The notes: generated by a model not told the origin, from the letters alone. 44,133 bases of DNA from Candidatus Spechtbacteria bacterium RIFCSPLOWO2_12_FULL_38_22 (GCA_001820055.1 MHOK01000009.1:1-44133); one strand, 5' to 3'. Counted from the stretch's first letter, positions 26,012-36,240 are shown. Made by a program: numbers and translations.

Positions 26012-26800
26012 ATGCGGCCAATAATACTTTTGGATTCCGGGGTTGGTGGTTTTTCTGTATATAAACCAGCAAAAGAGCTTCTTCCAAACGAAGATTTTAT
26101 TTATATTGCGGATAAAAAATATTTTCCTTATGGTGACCAGCCTGCAAAAATTGTGCAGGAAAGAGTGTTTTCTATAGCCCAGTGGGCTATAGAAAACAAA
26201 GCAAAGATGTTTGTTTTAGCTTGCAATACAGCTACAGTTACCGCAGTCAAAAAATTACGCAAAAAATACTCCAGCATACCAGTCATTGGAATGGTCCCTG
26301 TTATAAAAACTTGTGTGGAACAAACAAAAAATGGAAAGATTGGTGTTATTTGTACACCGCGAACTGCTCGCAGCGCCTACCAAAAGGAATTAATTACCCG
26401 CTTTGCAAACGATAAAAACGTTTATATTAGAAGCTGTCCAGGACTTGTAGAATCAATTGAAAGCATAAAAGGACATGCGGTTGATAATTTATCTGAACTG
26501 CAAAAAGCTCTTTTGTATTTAAAAAATAAAAATATAGATACTTTAGCGCTTGGGTGTTCTCATTTTCCACTTGTTAAAGATAACATCCAAAACTTAGCAG
26601 GAGAAAATGTTTTAATTTTGGATTCGGGGGGGGCTGTATCTAGGCACATAAAAAGAGTCCTAAAAAATAACAAGGATTTGTATAAAAGCAACCACAAAGG
26701 AAGAACACAATTTTACACAACCGCAAAACCGAGTGAATTTGATATAATGATAAAAAGGTATCTGAATCTTAAATCACGCTCTAAACTACTTAGAGTTTAA
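26012..26800 (+). CDS. murI: Glutamate racemase
   Basis: DSGVGG, FPYG, ACNTA, LGCSHFP. Confidence 0.97.
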   Translation: MRPIILLDSGVGGFSVYKPAKELLPNEDFIYIADKKYFPYGDQPAKIVQERVFSIAQWAIENKAKMFVLACNTATVTAVKKLRKKYSSIPVIGMVPVIKTCVEQTKNGKIGVICTPRTARSAYQKELITRFANDKNVYIRSCPGLVESIESIKGHAVDNLSELQKALLYLKNKNIDTLALGCSHFPLVKDNIQNLAGENVLILDSGGAVSRHIKRVLKNNKDLYKSNHKGRTQFYTTAKPSEFDIMIKRYLNLKSRSKLLRV

Positions 26801-26806
26801 TAAAAC

Positions 26807-28357
26807 ATGTTAATAAAAAATGGAACAATAATTGATGGATCGGGTAGCAAACGATTTGCTGCAGATATTCGAATAGAAAATAAAAAAATAAAAGAAACCG
26901 GCAGGTTAAATAACAAGGGCAATGAGGATGTTTTAGATGCAAAAGGATTATATATAACTCCCGGATTCGTTGATGTTTTGAATCACTCTGATGCTTATGC
27001 TACGTTATTTAGCAATCCCGAACAGGAAAGCTTACTACAACAAGGAGTTACTACTATTTTGATGGGTAATTGCGGAGCTTCTTTGGCGCCTCTTGTTGAT
27101 GGAGTTTTTGTAAACTCTGTACAAAAATGGGGGAGGGTATCAAAAATAAATGTGAACTGGCTAAGCGTTGCTGAATATCTGGAGGAACTAAAAAAGCATA
27201 GTTTTGGCGTAAATGTAGCAACCCTTATTGGCCATTCTACAATTAGAAGAGCACTAAGTGGAGATGAAACTCGCAATTTAAATAATTTTGAACAAAAACA
27301 GCTAGAATATATGGTAGAAACAGGAATGCGGGAGGGAGCTTTTGGCGTATCAAGCGGACTTGCCTATAGTCACGGAGCAAGCGCAACCGCAAAAGAACTG
27401 CGAGCAATTATGGGTATAGTTAAAAGCTATAACGGATTACATTCTATTCATATAAGAAATGATGCGGATAAATTTACCGAATCTGTTAAGGAGGCGCTAA
27501 GCCTTGCAAAAGAAACAGGTGTTAATACAGAACTTTCACATTTTAAAGTGGTGGAAAAAAAATTCTGGGAAAATTTTAAGGGGGCTTTGTCATTGATAGA
27601 AAAACTTAAAAACATTAACTTCGATATTTACCCATACAATTTTACAGCGAGTGTCCTTTATTCATTTTTGCCCGCATGGGCAATAAAAAACGGCAATACT
27701 AGTCTTTTACCAGCGATAAAAGATAAAGTAAAAAAAGCTGAACTAGTAGAGGATATGAAAAAAGATCCCTATTCTTATGGGGAAATGACTGTTGCGATGG
27801 GCTCTATAGCTAATACATATTTTGGTAGAAAAATAGCAGACATTGCCAAAAATCAAGAAAAAGAAGTAGAGGAAGTGGTTTTAGATCTTATTTTAGCTTC
27901 CCACAACAGATTAATTGTGTTTAGCCCAAGCATAGACGAATCTAATATAGAGCTTGCAATAAAAAATCCGAAAAGTTTTGTGAGTTCTGACGGTGTTGGT
28001 TATAAAGAAGAAAATAGAATTGAAGCTGGGTTTGCTCATCCAAGATATTTTGGGGCTTTTCCTAAATTTTTGAATGAATATGTATACAATAAAAAATTAA
28101 TAAGTTGGGAGGAAGCAATAAATAAAATTACCTTAGGACCCGCGCAAAAAATTGGTTTAAAGGATAGAGGAAAAATAGAAAAAGGTTATTTTGCAGATTT
28201 AGTTATATTTAATCCTAAAAAATTACAAAGTAATTCAGATTTAAACAACCCTTATCAATATCCATCCGGCATACATTGGGTTTTGGTAAATGGTCAAGTA
28301 GCTATAAAGGATAAAAAATTAAAATCAAAAGCCGGAACTGTATTAATTAGAAAATAA
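26807..28357 (+). CDS. N-acyl-D-amino-acid deacylase (D-aminoacylase) family amidohydrolase
   Basis: PGFVD..HSD, GVTT..GNCG, HIRND, SHFK, SDG, HPRYFG. Confidence 0.9.
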   Translation: MLIKNGTIIDGSGSKRFAADIRIENKKIKETGRLNNKGNEDVLDAKGLYITPGFVDVLNHSDAYATLFSNPEQESLLQQGVTTILMGNCGASLAPLVDGVFVNSVQKWGRVSKINVNWLSVAEYLEELKKHSFGVNVATLIGHSTIRRALSGDETRNLNNFEQKQLEYMVETGMREGAFGVSSGLAYSHGASATAKELRAIMGIVKSYNGLHSIHIRNDADKFTESVKEALSLAKETGVNTELSHFKVVEKKFWENFKGALSLIEKLKNINFDIYPYNFTASVLYSFLPAWAIKNGNTSLLPAIKDKVKKAELVEDMKKDPYSYGEMTVAMGSIANTYFGRKIADIAKNQEKEVEEVVLDLILASHNRLIVFSPSIDESNIELAIKNPKSFVSSDGVGYKEENRIEAGFAHPRYFGAFPKFLNEYVYNKKLISWEEAINKITLGPAQKIGLKDRGKIEKGYFADLVIFNPKKLQSNSDLNNPYQYPSGIHWVLVNGQVAIKDKKLKSKAGTVLIRK

Positions 28358-29751
28358 TGAGCTCTAAAAGCAAAACTCGCTATTTAAATACCTGGCGAGG
28401 TAAAACAATAACCCTCATGGGATTTGGTTTATTTGGTGGCGGCACAGAAGACGCCATTTTTTTTATTAAAAACGGTGTTAAAAAATTAATTATTACAGAT
28501 TTAAAGACGAAAAAAGAATTAGAATCTTCAGTTCGAAAGGTAAACCAATTTTTATCCACCATAGAGCAATCCGATCGCCCAATGGTGGAATGGGTGCTAG
28601 GAAAACACAGAGAAAAAGATTTCATAAACACTGATTTAATTATAAAAAATCCCGGAATACCAAATAACTCCATATATCTACAAATTGCAAAAGGTCACAA
28701 TGTAAATGTCGATACATCTATTGGAATATTTTTTAAACTTATGAATCCCAAGAAATTGATTGGTATAACGGGAACAAAGGGTAAAAGCACTGTTTCAAGT
28801 TTAATATACGAAATTATAAAAAATAAATATTCTAATAGCTACATAACGGGAACGCCAGGGACTTCACCGTTAAGTTTTGTAGATAAAAAAGGTTGGGGGG
28901 TTTTAGAATTATCAAGCTGGCGGTTGGAAGGGGTAGATCGCTATAAAAAAAGTCCACATATCGCAGTAATTACGAATATAGAACAGGATCACCTCAATAT
29001 GCATAAGTCTTTTGAAGAGTACAAAAAGGCAAAGAAAATAATATTTAAGTATCAAAATAAAGATGACTATTTAATACTAAACAAAAAATTAAAAACTTTG
29101 GCAAAGAGGACTTTTTCAAAAGTACATTATTTTTCTGGGACACGGGGCTCTGATACTCCCGCAATAGGAGAAGTCTACGCTGAAAATGTAAATGCTGTAC
29201 TACAGGTGGCCAAAGTTTTAAATATTAATAAAAGAGAAGCTATTAACATAATAAAAAAGTTTAAGGGGTTGCATGACAGAATGGAGTTGGTAAGTACAAT
29301 TAATAAAACTAAAATTTATAATGATACAACAGCAACAAATCCGTTTGCGACATTACGCGCTTTAGATAGATTTAAAAACAAAAAAGTTGGTTTGATTATT
29401 GGTGGAGAAGATAAAAATTTAGATTATACTAAGTTGTCAAATGCACTTAAAAAACTTCATTTTGTAACTTTGTTGCCTGGCTCTGCAAGTGATAAAATAT
29501 ATAATACATATAACTTGAAACTTACCGCGTCCGTCCGAAGTTCGCTAACTGGCGGACGAAGGAGGAAAACTTACAACAAAAAACTAACCCAAGTCAAGAC
29601 TCTTCATCAAGCGCTAGCAAAAAGCATTGACTCGAATCCGGAGGTAATTTTATTTTCACCTGCGGCGGCTAGTTTCAATATGTTTAAAAACGAGTTTGAT
29701 AGGGGTCAAAAGTTTAAAGAAACAGTTTTTGAATATAAAAATTCTTTGTAA
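28357..29751 (+). CDS. murD: UDP-MurNAc-L-Ala:D-Glu ligase
   Basis: NPGIP, ITGTKGKST, ELSSW, DHL, YNDT, IGGEDK, SPAAASF..F..RG..F. Confidence 0.94.
   Translation: MSSKSKTRYLNTWRGKTITLMGFGLFGGGTEDAIFFIKNGVKKLIITDLKTKKELESSVRKVNQFLSTIEQSDRPMVEWVLGKHREKDFINTDLIIKNPGIPNNSIYLQIAKGHNVNVDTSIGIFFKLMNPKKLIGITGTKGKSTVSSLIYEIIKNKYSNSYITGTPGTSPLSFVDKKGWGVLELSSWRLEGVDRYKKSPHIAVITNIEQDHLNMHKSFEEYKKAKKIIFKYQNKDDYLILNKKLKTLAKRTFSKVHYFSGTRGSDTPAIGEVYAENVNAVLQVAKVLNINKREAINIIKKFKGLHDRMELVSTINKTKIYNDTTATNPFATLRALDRFKNKKVGLIIGGEDKNLDYTKLSNALKKLHFVTLLPGSASDKIYNTYNLKLTASVRSSLTGGRRRKTYNKKLTQVKTLHQALAKSIDSNPEVILFSPAAASFNMFKNEFDRGQKFKETVFEYKNSL
29531..29565. repeat. REP-like element in frame within murD
   Basis: CCGTCCGAAG-TTCGCTAACTGGCGGA-CGAAGGAGG. 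Core is 13/16 identical to the palindrome at 14029-14044. Confidence 0.7.
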
Positions 29752-29752
29752 A

Positions 29753-30847
29753 ATGCCTAAGAAAAAAACACAAATTCCAGATAAAATTTTGCTTTGGACT
29801 GTCGTGGCCTTAATTATTATTGGGCTTATTGTATTAATTTCTGCCTCAATTTCTGAAAGTAAAAAAAACTTTAATAATATATATAGTTATTTTTTACACC
29901 AGATAATCTATGGGCTTGGCGCTGGAGGAATACTAGGTTATATCATGTATCGTTTTCCGTACAAAAATTTAAAAAAACTAGCGTTGCCGTCATTTTTAAT
30001 TTCCCTTTTACTAATGCTATTAGTATTTGTACCTGGAATTTCTATAACGACCCGCGGAGCACATCGATGGCTCAATCTCGGTTTTATAACAGTTCAACCT
30101 TCTGAATTTATAAAACTTACTTTTATTATATACCTTTCTGCATGGCTATCCACGCACATAAAAGAGGTGGGCAAAAAATCTAGTTTAATACCTTTTTCAG
30201 CTCTACTAGGTATTTTAACCTTGCTTTTGATATTACAACCAGATCTAAGCACATTGGGTATTATAGTAGCTACTGCGGTTTCTATGTATTTTGTGGCAGG
30301 AGCTAGGTTTAAATACTTGGCCATAATGGGCCTTGCAACCGCAAGTGCATTATTTTTATTCATTAAAACTTCGCCATATCGCTTAAACAGGGTTCTGACA
30401 TTGCTTAATCCATCTAGCGACCCCTTGGGGGTGGGCTACCAAATAAATCAAATTCTAATCGCCGTCGGATCTGGTCGGTGGTTTGGAACAGGTTTATTGC
30501 AGGGAGAACACAAAAAGTTTCTTCCTCTTGCTATGAATGACTCAATATACGCAGTTTGGGCAGAAGAAACAGGATTTATCGGTTCTATTATTTTGATAGT
30601 ATTATTTTTACTACTAGCAGGCCGCGGTTTTAAAATAGCTACATTAATTAAAGATAATTTTGGAAAATTTATAATGACAGGAATTGTAGTTTGGTTTTTC
30701 TTTCAAGCATCTATAAACGTTGCCGCAATTACGGGCATTTTCCCGCTAACCGGTGTTACGGTTCCCTTTATCAGTTATGGGAGTAGCTCCATGGTTATTA
30801 CATTAATGGCAACAGGGCTGATGTTGCAACTGTCAAAAAATGTCTAG
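29753..30847 (+). CDS. ftsW: SEDS-family protein FtsW
   Basis: GAHRWL, QPSEFIK, QPD, GYQ, PFISYGSSS. Lies between murD and murG; ATG 29753 is preferred. Confidence 0.93.
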   Translation: MPKKKTQIPDKILLWTVVALIIIGLIVLISASISESKKNFNNIYSYFLHQIIYGLGAGGILGYIMYRFPYKNLKKLALPSFLISLLLMLLVFVPGISITTRGAHRWLNLGFITVQPSEFIKLTFIIYLSAWLSTHIKEVGKKSSLIPFSALLGILTLLLILQPDLSTLGIIVATAVSMYFVAGARFKYLAIMGLATASALFLFIKTSPYRLNRVLTLLNPSSDPLGVGYQINQILIAVGSGRWFGTGLLQGEHKKFLPLAMNDSIYAVWAEETGFIGSIILIVLFLLLAGRGFKIATLIKDNFGKFIMTGIVVWFFFQASINVAAITGIFPLTGVTVPFISYGSSSMVITLMATGLMLQLSKNV

Positions 30848-31973
30848 AAAAAAAATAAAAATAGCGTTAACCGGAGGAGGCACTGGGGGACATACTATTC
30901 CTTTAATTGCTGTTGTAAGGGAACTTAGTAGGCGAAGGCAGGTTGAAGCTTTGAATTTAAACTTTACCTATATAGGTCCGAGGCAAGGTTCACAACAAAT
31001 TAAATTAGAAAAAAATATCCAAATAAAACTAATAGTAACAGGTAAATTTAGAAGGTATATAACATTTTCTAGTATTCTTTTTAACTTTATAGATCTTTTT
31101 AAAATACTAATCGGATTTCTTCAAACATTTTTTTACTTAATTTTTGATAGACCAAGTGTGATATTTTCTAAGGGTGGGTATGGTAGTTTTCCCACAGTAG
31201 TAACAGCTTGGATATTAAAAGTACCAGTGATTTTACACGAATCTGATAGTATCTTGGGAGCAACAAATAAAATCTTATCTAGATTTGCAAAAAAAATTGT
31301 TTTATCGTTTTCAACAACTACTAGTTACTTACCAAAAGAAAAACTTATTGTTCTGGGAAATCCCATTAGAACAGAGCTATTTGGAGGAAACCTGCAAGAA
31401 GCAAAAAAAGAGTTTGCCATACAAAGTGATAAACCTGTTTTACTAGTTACGGGAGGTAGCCAGGGCGCGCGTCAAATTAATGATCTAGTGTTAAAAAATT
31501 TAAAAACTTTAGCACAAAATTATGAGATAATACATCAAGCGGGAGAAAAAAACTATTCATCCATTCAAAAAACAGTGTCCGATTCAATAGATAGCTACCA
31601 TGTTTACGCTTTTTTAAACGAAAACCAAATGAAACTTGCCTATGCAATTTCCCAACTTATCGTAGCTCGTGCTGGAGCTGGGATATTTGAAAAAGCTGCT
31701 TTGGGAAAACCGAGCATACTAATTCCACTTCCAACATCTGCAGCTGGGCATCAATTAAAAAATGCGCAAATTTACGAAGAAGCAGGGGCATGTATAGTTT
31801 TAGATCCATTTTCTGTAACACCAAACCAACTTTTAAATACTATTAACCAACTAATGGCCAATAAACAAAGATTGCAAACTATGAGCGAGGCAGCGTTACG
31901 ATTTTCTAAACCAAACGCAGCGCGAGATATAGCAAAACTTATTTTAAAAACCGTAGATGACAAACAAAAATAA
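30840..31973 (+). CDS. murG: Lipid II GlcNAc transferase
   Basis: GGGTGGH, KGGY, GNPIR, GGSQGA, HQLKNA. Confidence 0.96.
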   Translation: MSRKKIKIALTGGGTGGHTIPLIAVVRELSRRRQVEALNLNFTYIGPRQGSQQIKLEKNIQIKLIVTGKFRRYITFSSILFNFIDLFKILIGFLQTFFYLIFDRPSVIFSKGGYGSFPTVVTAWILKVPVILHESDSILGATNKILSRFAKKIVLSFSTTTSYLPKEKLIVLGNPIRTELFGGNLQEAKKEFAIQSDKPVLLVTGGSQGARQINDLVLKNLKTLAQNYEIIHQAGEKNYSSIQKTVSDSIDSYHVYAFLNENQMKLAYAISQLIVARAGAGIFEKAALGKPSILIPLPTSAAGHQLKNAQIYEEAGACIVLDPFSVTPNQLLNTINQLMANKQRLQTMSEAALRFSKPNAARDIAKLILKTVDDKQK

Positions 31974-33408
31974 AAAAGTGGTTGTTCGCATAGCGCCATC
32001 ACCGACTGGCGCTCTTCATGTAGGAACCGCAAGGACTGCACTTTTCAATTATTTATTTGCAAAACACTATAGGGGTAAATTTATACTTAGAATAGAAGAT
32101 ACTGACAAAGAACGCAGTGATAAAAAGTGGGAAAAGGATATTTTAGACGGATTGCGTTGGCTTGGTATAGATTGGGACGGAAAAATTCATCATCAAAGTA
32201 AAAGAATAAAAATTTATAAAAAATATCTCGATAAAATGCTCAAAGAAAAAAAAGCGTTTTATTGTTGGCACACAAAAGAAGAACTAGATAAAGAACGCGG
32301 TGAACAAACAAAACAAAAACAAGCCCCAAGACATATTTGTAGCTATAGAAATAAAGATGCAACTAAAAAAAATTTAAAAGATGCTATTATTCGTTTTAAA
32401 AACGATACTAAGGATACTTTAAAATTTAACGATCTAATACGCGACGAGATTAAATTTGAATCAGAAAATTTTGGCGACTTTTCAATTGCAAAAAGCCTAA
32501 CCGAACCATTATATAACTTTGCAGTTGTAATAGATGACTACCAAATGAAAGTTACCCATATAATTAGAGGCGAAGACCATATACCCAACACTCCTCGCCA
32601 AATATTGCTACAACAAGCACTGGGTATGCCGATGCCGAAATATGCACATCTTCCGTTAATACTGGGCTCAGATAAAAGTAAACTAAGCAAGCGACATGGC
32701 GCGACTTCTGTCACAGAATATAAAAAACTTGGATATTTGCCTGATGCTCTTTTCAATTTCTTAGCTATTTTAGGCTGGCGCGGAAAAAACGACGAAAAAG
32801 AAATATTAGATCGCAAAGAAATAATACAAGAATTTCTTCTTGAAGATGTGCAAAAATCAGGAGCTATTTTTGATGTAGAAAAACTAAACTGGATGAACGG
32901 TGAATACATAAGAAAAATATCATTAAAAGAACTAACACAATTGTCTATTCCTTATCTCACTGAAGCTGGTTACTTAGACGGAATCAAAAGAAATACTCTA
33001 CAAAAAATACAAAAAATCATAGCGCTAGAACAAACAAGAATGAAAAAGTTATTAGACATTGTAGATACAGCCGATTTCTTTTTTAAACAAAACGACTACG
33101 ACATAACCAAACTATTATGGAAGGACATGAGGAAATTGGAATTGCAAAACATTCTTTTTAGTCTGGATGATATAATAAAAAATATAGATCTAAAAAGTTC
33201 TTGGGATAAAGAAAATTTAGAAAAAATTATCATGCCAGAAGCTGAAAAACTTGGTGACAGAGGAAAAATGTTGTGGCCGTTAAGATACGCCCTTTCAGGA
33301 AAAGACAAATCTCCCGGACCTTTTGAAATAATGGAAATTATAGGTAAAGAAGCAACAATCGCAGTTATAAAAAAGGCCCAAAATAAAATTGCGAAATTAC
33401 AAAAATAA
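31957..33408 (+). CDS. gltX: Glutamyl-tRNA synthetase
   Basis: APSPTG-LHVG, RIEDTD, RGEDH, KLSKR. Confidence 0.97.
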   Translation: MTNKNKKVVVRIAPSPTGALHVGTARTALFNYLFAKHYRGKFILRIEDTDKERSDKKWEKDILDGLRWLGIDWDGKIHHQSKRIKIYKKYLDKMLKEKKAFYCWHTKEELDKERGEQTKQKQAPRHICSYRNKDATKKNLKDAIIRFKNDTKDTLKFNDLIRDEIKFESENFGDFSIAKSLTEPLYNFAVVIDDYQMKVTHIIRGEDHIPNTPRQILLQQALGMPMPKYAHLPLILGSDKSKLSKRHGATSVTEYKKLGYLPDALFNFLAILGWRGKNDEKEILDRKEIIQEFLLEDVQKSGAIFDVEKLNWMNGEYIRKISLKELTQLSIPYLTEAGYLDGIKRNTLQKIQKIIALEQTRMKKLLDIVDTADFFFKQNDYDITKLLWKDMRKLELQNILFSLDDIIKNIDLKSSWDKENLEKIIMPEAEKLGDRGKMLWPLRYALSGKDKSPGPFEIMEIIGKEATIAVIKKAQNKIAKLQK

Positions 33409-33410
33409 TT

Positions 33411-34676
33411 ATGCGCAAAATTTTAATATTGTGTGTTGTAGTATTTTTAATTACAACCCCGTATTTAAATAGGGGAGAGGTTAACGCGCAAACAGACCAG
33501 GAAATAGAAGATATCCAAACAGAAATTGAAGAACAAGAACGCATACTGCAAGAATTACAAAAAGAACATGAAAGTCAGCAAAAAAACTTACAAGAAGTAC
33601 AAGAGTATGCCGGAAGTTTAAAAGCGCAAATAAATAATTTTGCCGGCCAGGTAAATTTATTGCAAGGCAAAATAAATATTAAAACACAAGAAATTTATAC
33701 CCTGCAGTTAGCGGTACAGAAGTTAGAACTTCAAATTCAACAACAAGAAGAAGAAATTCAGAATAGCAAGGTTCAAATGGCTAGTTTATTTCAAGAAATT
33801 TATAAAAACGATGAAGAAAGTGTCGTAGAGTTATTGTTTAAATACGAAAGTTTTTCTACATTTTACAATCAAGTATATGCCCGCAAAACCCTTAATGATG
33901 CAATCAGTTTAAAACTAGACGAACTAAAGGTGCTGAAAGAAGAACTTGGAAAAGCCCAGGACTCTATAGGGGAAGAACAGCAAGTACTTAGACAAGAACA
34001 GCAAGGCCTACGAGGGCAAAAAATAATTTTAGACGGTCAAAAAATTAAACAGCAGGAACTATTATCTGAAACAAAAAACAGGGAGTCGGCATACCAGGAA
34101 TTAATAATAAGTATACAAGAAAAAGAGCAAGCAATTGAAAGAGAGATATTTGAGCTAGAAGAACAACTTCGTCTTGCTTTAGACCCAAATAGTGTTCCTC
34201 GTTCTTTTCCGGGGTTATTTATGTGGCCAGCAGAAGGACTAATGACTCAAGAATATGGATGTCTTCATACTAAGTGGGCTAAACGCGCATATCCTGCTTG
34301 CGATGAAGGAAAAGGAGGTTTTCACAATGGCGTAGATGTCGCAGCCGCACTCGGAACACACATTGTCGCCGCCAACGACGGTAGGGTAGTGGCAATAGGT
34401 TATGCTCCTTATGCATATGGATATTGGCTCGCGATAGAACACACAAACGGTCTTGTCAGTGTGTATACACACATGTCCTCTTCCAGACCGGTTTCTATAG
34501 GATATAATATAAATAGGGGAGAGGTTGTAGGTTACATGGATAGTACAGGGTTTTCTACAGGTTCGCATACACATTTTATAGTATACGCGCCAAATACATT
34601 TGTTGTAAAACCAAGTAAGCTTTCGGGAACTTTGCCTATTGGAGCAACTGTTAATCCTTTTAATTACCTTCCATAA
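33411..34676 (+). CDS. Coiled-coil plus M23 peptidase (EnvC/MepM-like)
   Basis: Signal peptide, long coiled coil, HNGVD, YTH, STGSHTHF. Confidence 0.92.
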   Translation: MRKILILCVVVFLITTPYLNRGEVNAQTDQEIEDIQTEIEEQERILQELQKEHESQQKNLQEVQEYAGSLKAQINNFAGQVNLLQGKINIKTQEIYTLQLAVQKLELQIQQQEEEIQNSKVQMASLFQEIYKNDEESVVELLFKYESFSTFYNQVYARKTLNDAISLKLDELKVLKEELGKAQDSIGEEQQVLRQEQQGLRGQKIILDGQKIKQQELLSETKNRESAYQELIISIQEKEQAIEREIFELEEQLRLALDPNSVPRSFPGLFMWPAEGLMTQEYGCLHTKWAKRAYPACDEGKGGFHNGVDVAAALGTHIVAANDGRVVAIGYAPYAYGYWLAIEHTNGLVSVYTHMSSSRPVSIGYNINRGEVVGYMDSTGFSTGSHTHFIVYAPNTFVVKPSKLSGTLPIGATVNPFNYLP

Positions 34677-34707
34677 GAAATAGCCATAAAAATTAATAAA
34701 TGTCAAT

Positions 34708-34998
34708 ATGCTTAAAATTATTCGTTTAATTGCAACAATTCTAATTTTATTAGTGCTGGTAACGATAGTAGCACCAGATAGTTTTATTGCCAAAATACCT
34801 TTTCTTTCTAGTTTAAAAATTTTTGTATATGACTTGGGTAGCAATGCCTGGGATTTTTTCACAGATTTATTTGGTAACTTCGGTGACTGGTTAGACCAAC
34901 GCACGGGAAACATAATATCAGATACATTTGATAAAGCCGAGGAAACTACTCAAAATGCCGCAAAAGATACTCTAAATAATATTATCCCTAGTGAGTAG
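34708..34998 (+). CDS. Small membrane-anchored hypothetical protein
   Basis: N-terminal hydrophobic helix, amphipathic tail. Confidence 0.6.
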   Translation: MLKIIRLIATILILLVLVTIVAPDSFIAKIPFLSSLKIFVYDLGSNAWDFFTDLFGNFGDWLDQRTGNIISDTFDKAEETTQNAAKDTLNNIIPSE

Positions 34999-35128
34999 TG
35001 TTAGTATGTAAAACGATTACTTTTGTACATGGGATTTACGATAACTTTCCACAGGGTAGTGATTGAATAAGATAATAAAGTTATTGTATTATAGAGATAT
35101 AGATACATTCAAATAAATGTGTACGCTG

Positions 35129-35170
35129 GGTAAAGCGTATTATTAAAAGGATATTATAATACGCTTTACC
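35129..35170. promoter_or_regulatory. 15-12-15 palindrome upstream of xer (candidate recombinase site or operator)
   Basis: GGTAAAGCGTATTAT-taaaaggatatt-ATAATACGCTTTACC. Confidence 0.55.
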
Positions 35171-35199
35171 TATATTGTGCGAATAATACTGTACCTACT

Positions 35200-36162
35200 A
35201 TGCAACACTCCCCTAAACCTATACTAGACCACATTCCTGACTTCTTAGATTACTGCGAAATAGAAAAGGGATTAGCATCTAAGACGCAAGAAAATTATCA
35301 AAGGTATTTAAATATATTTGTACTTTGGTTAAAGCAAACTAAAAATGAGGGTTTACTCCCCCACCAGCTTACAGCAGAGAACATATGGGATTATAGATTA
35401 TTTCTTTCCCGTAAATATAAAACACAGCAGGGCGGAACTCTTAAAAAAATAACTCAAAATTATTATCTTGTAGCGCTTAGAGCATTACTAGATTACTTTA
35501 CGGACCGCGATATTACTTCCCTGCCCTCTGGCAAGATAAAATTGCCGAAAGATGCAAAACAAAAAACTATAAAATTTCTAAACTTGGAACAAATACGTAA
35601 ACTACTAGAAACTCCTGATATTAAAACTAAAAGCGGGCTTCGTGATAGAGCTATAATTGAAACGCTTTTTTCAACCGGTTTACGCATTGCAGAGCTTACT
35701 GCCCTAAACCGCAATCAAATACATTTTAAGGACAAAGATGGCCTAGAATTGACTGTTGTGGGCAAAGGAAATACCCCTAGAACTGTCTATTTTTCGCCCA
35801 GAGCCCTCCAATGGCTAAAAAGGTACTTGGATAGCCAAAATGACATGGATGAGGCCTTGTTCGTCCATTTTAGAGCTAAAAACAGTGCTGAAAGCAAGCG
35901 ATTATCGGCCCGCTTCATAGAATCGGCTATAAAACGCTATTCCCAGCTTGCAGGGCTTCCCATAAGTGTCACACCACATACATTGAGGCATTCCTACGCC
36001 ACCGACCTTTTAACGCAAGGCGTAGATCTCCGTACGGTGCAGGAATTTTTAGGGCATAAAAATATAACAACTACTCAAATTTATACCCACATTACAAGCA
36101 AGCGCCTAAAGGATATTCACAGAAAATTCCATGGCGGTAATAAGTTAGACAATGAAGAATAA
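35200..36162 (+). CDS. XerC/D-type tyrosine recombinase
   Basis: N-terminal SAM-like domain, RDRA, TGLRIAEL, GKG, TPHTLRHSYAT, LGH, TTQIYTH. Confidence 0.96.
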   Translation: MQHSPKPILDHIPDFLDYCEIEKGLASKTQENYQRYLNIFVLWLKQTKNEGLLPHQLTAENIWDYRLFLSRKYKTQQGGTLKKITQNYYLVALRALLDYFTDRDITSLPSGKIKLPKDAKQKTIKFLNLEQIRKLLETPDIKTKSGLRDRAIIETLFSTGLRIAELTALNRNQIHFKDKDGLELTVVGKGNTPRTVYFSPRALQWLKRYLDSQNDMDEALFVHFRAKNSAESKRLSARFIESAIKRYSQLAGLPISVTPHTLRHSYATDLLTQGVDLRTVQEFLGHKNITTTQIYTHITSKRLKDIHRKFHGGNKLDNEE

Positions 36163-36240
36163 AAATCAAAATGCAGTATCTTGGCATGAAGCCGAGGCTA
36201 AAATATATAAGGAGGATGTTTGTTTATATTCTCTTTGACA

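Noticed and set aside
18423-34913. Numerous antisense ORFs within the cell-wall cluster (e.g. 19128-19493, 34239-34913)
   Set aside because: They overlap well-supported genes on the opposite strand and show no motifs.
35200-36162. Integron integrase or prophage integrase
   Set aside because: No IntI-specific insertion was recognised, and there are no attC repeats or phage structural genes. Length and motifs fit XerC/D.
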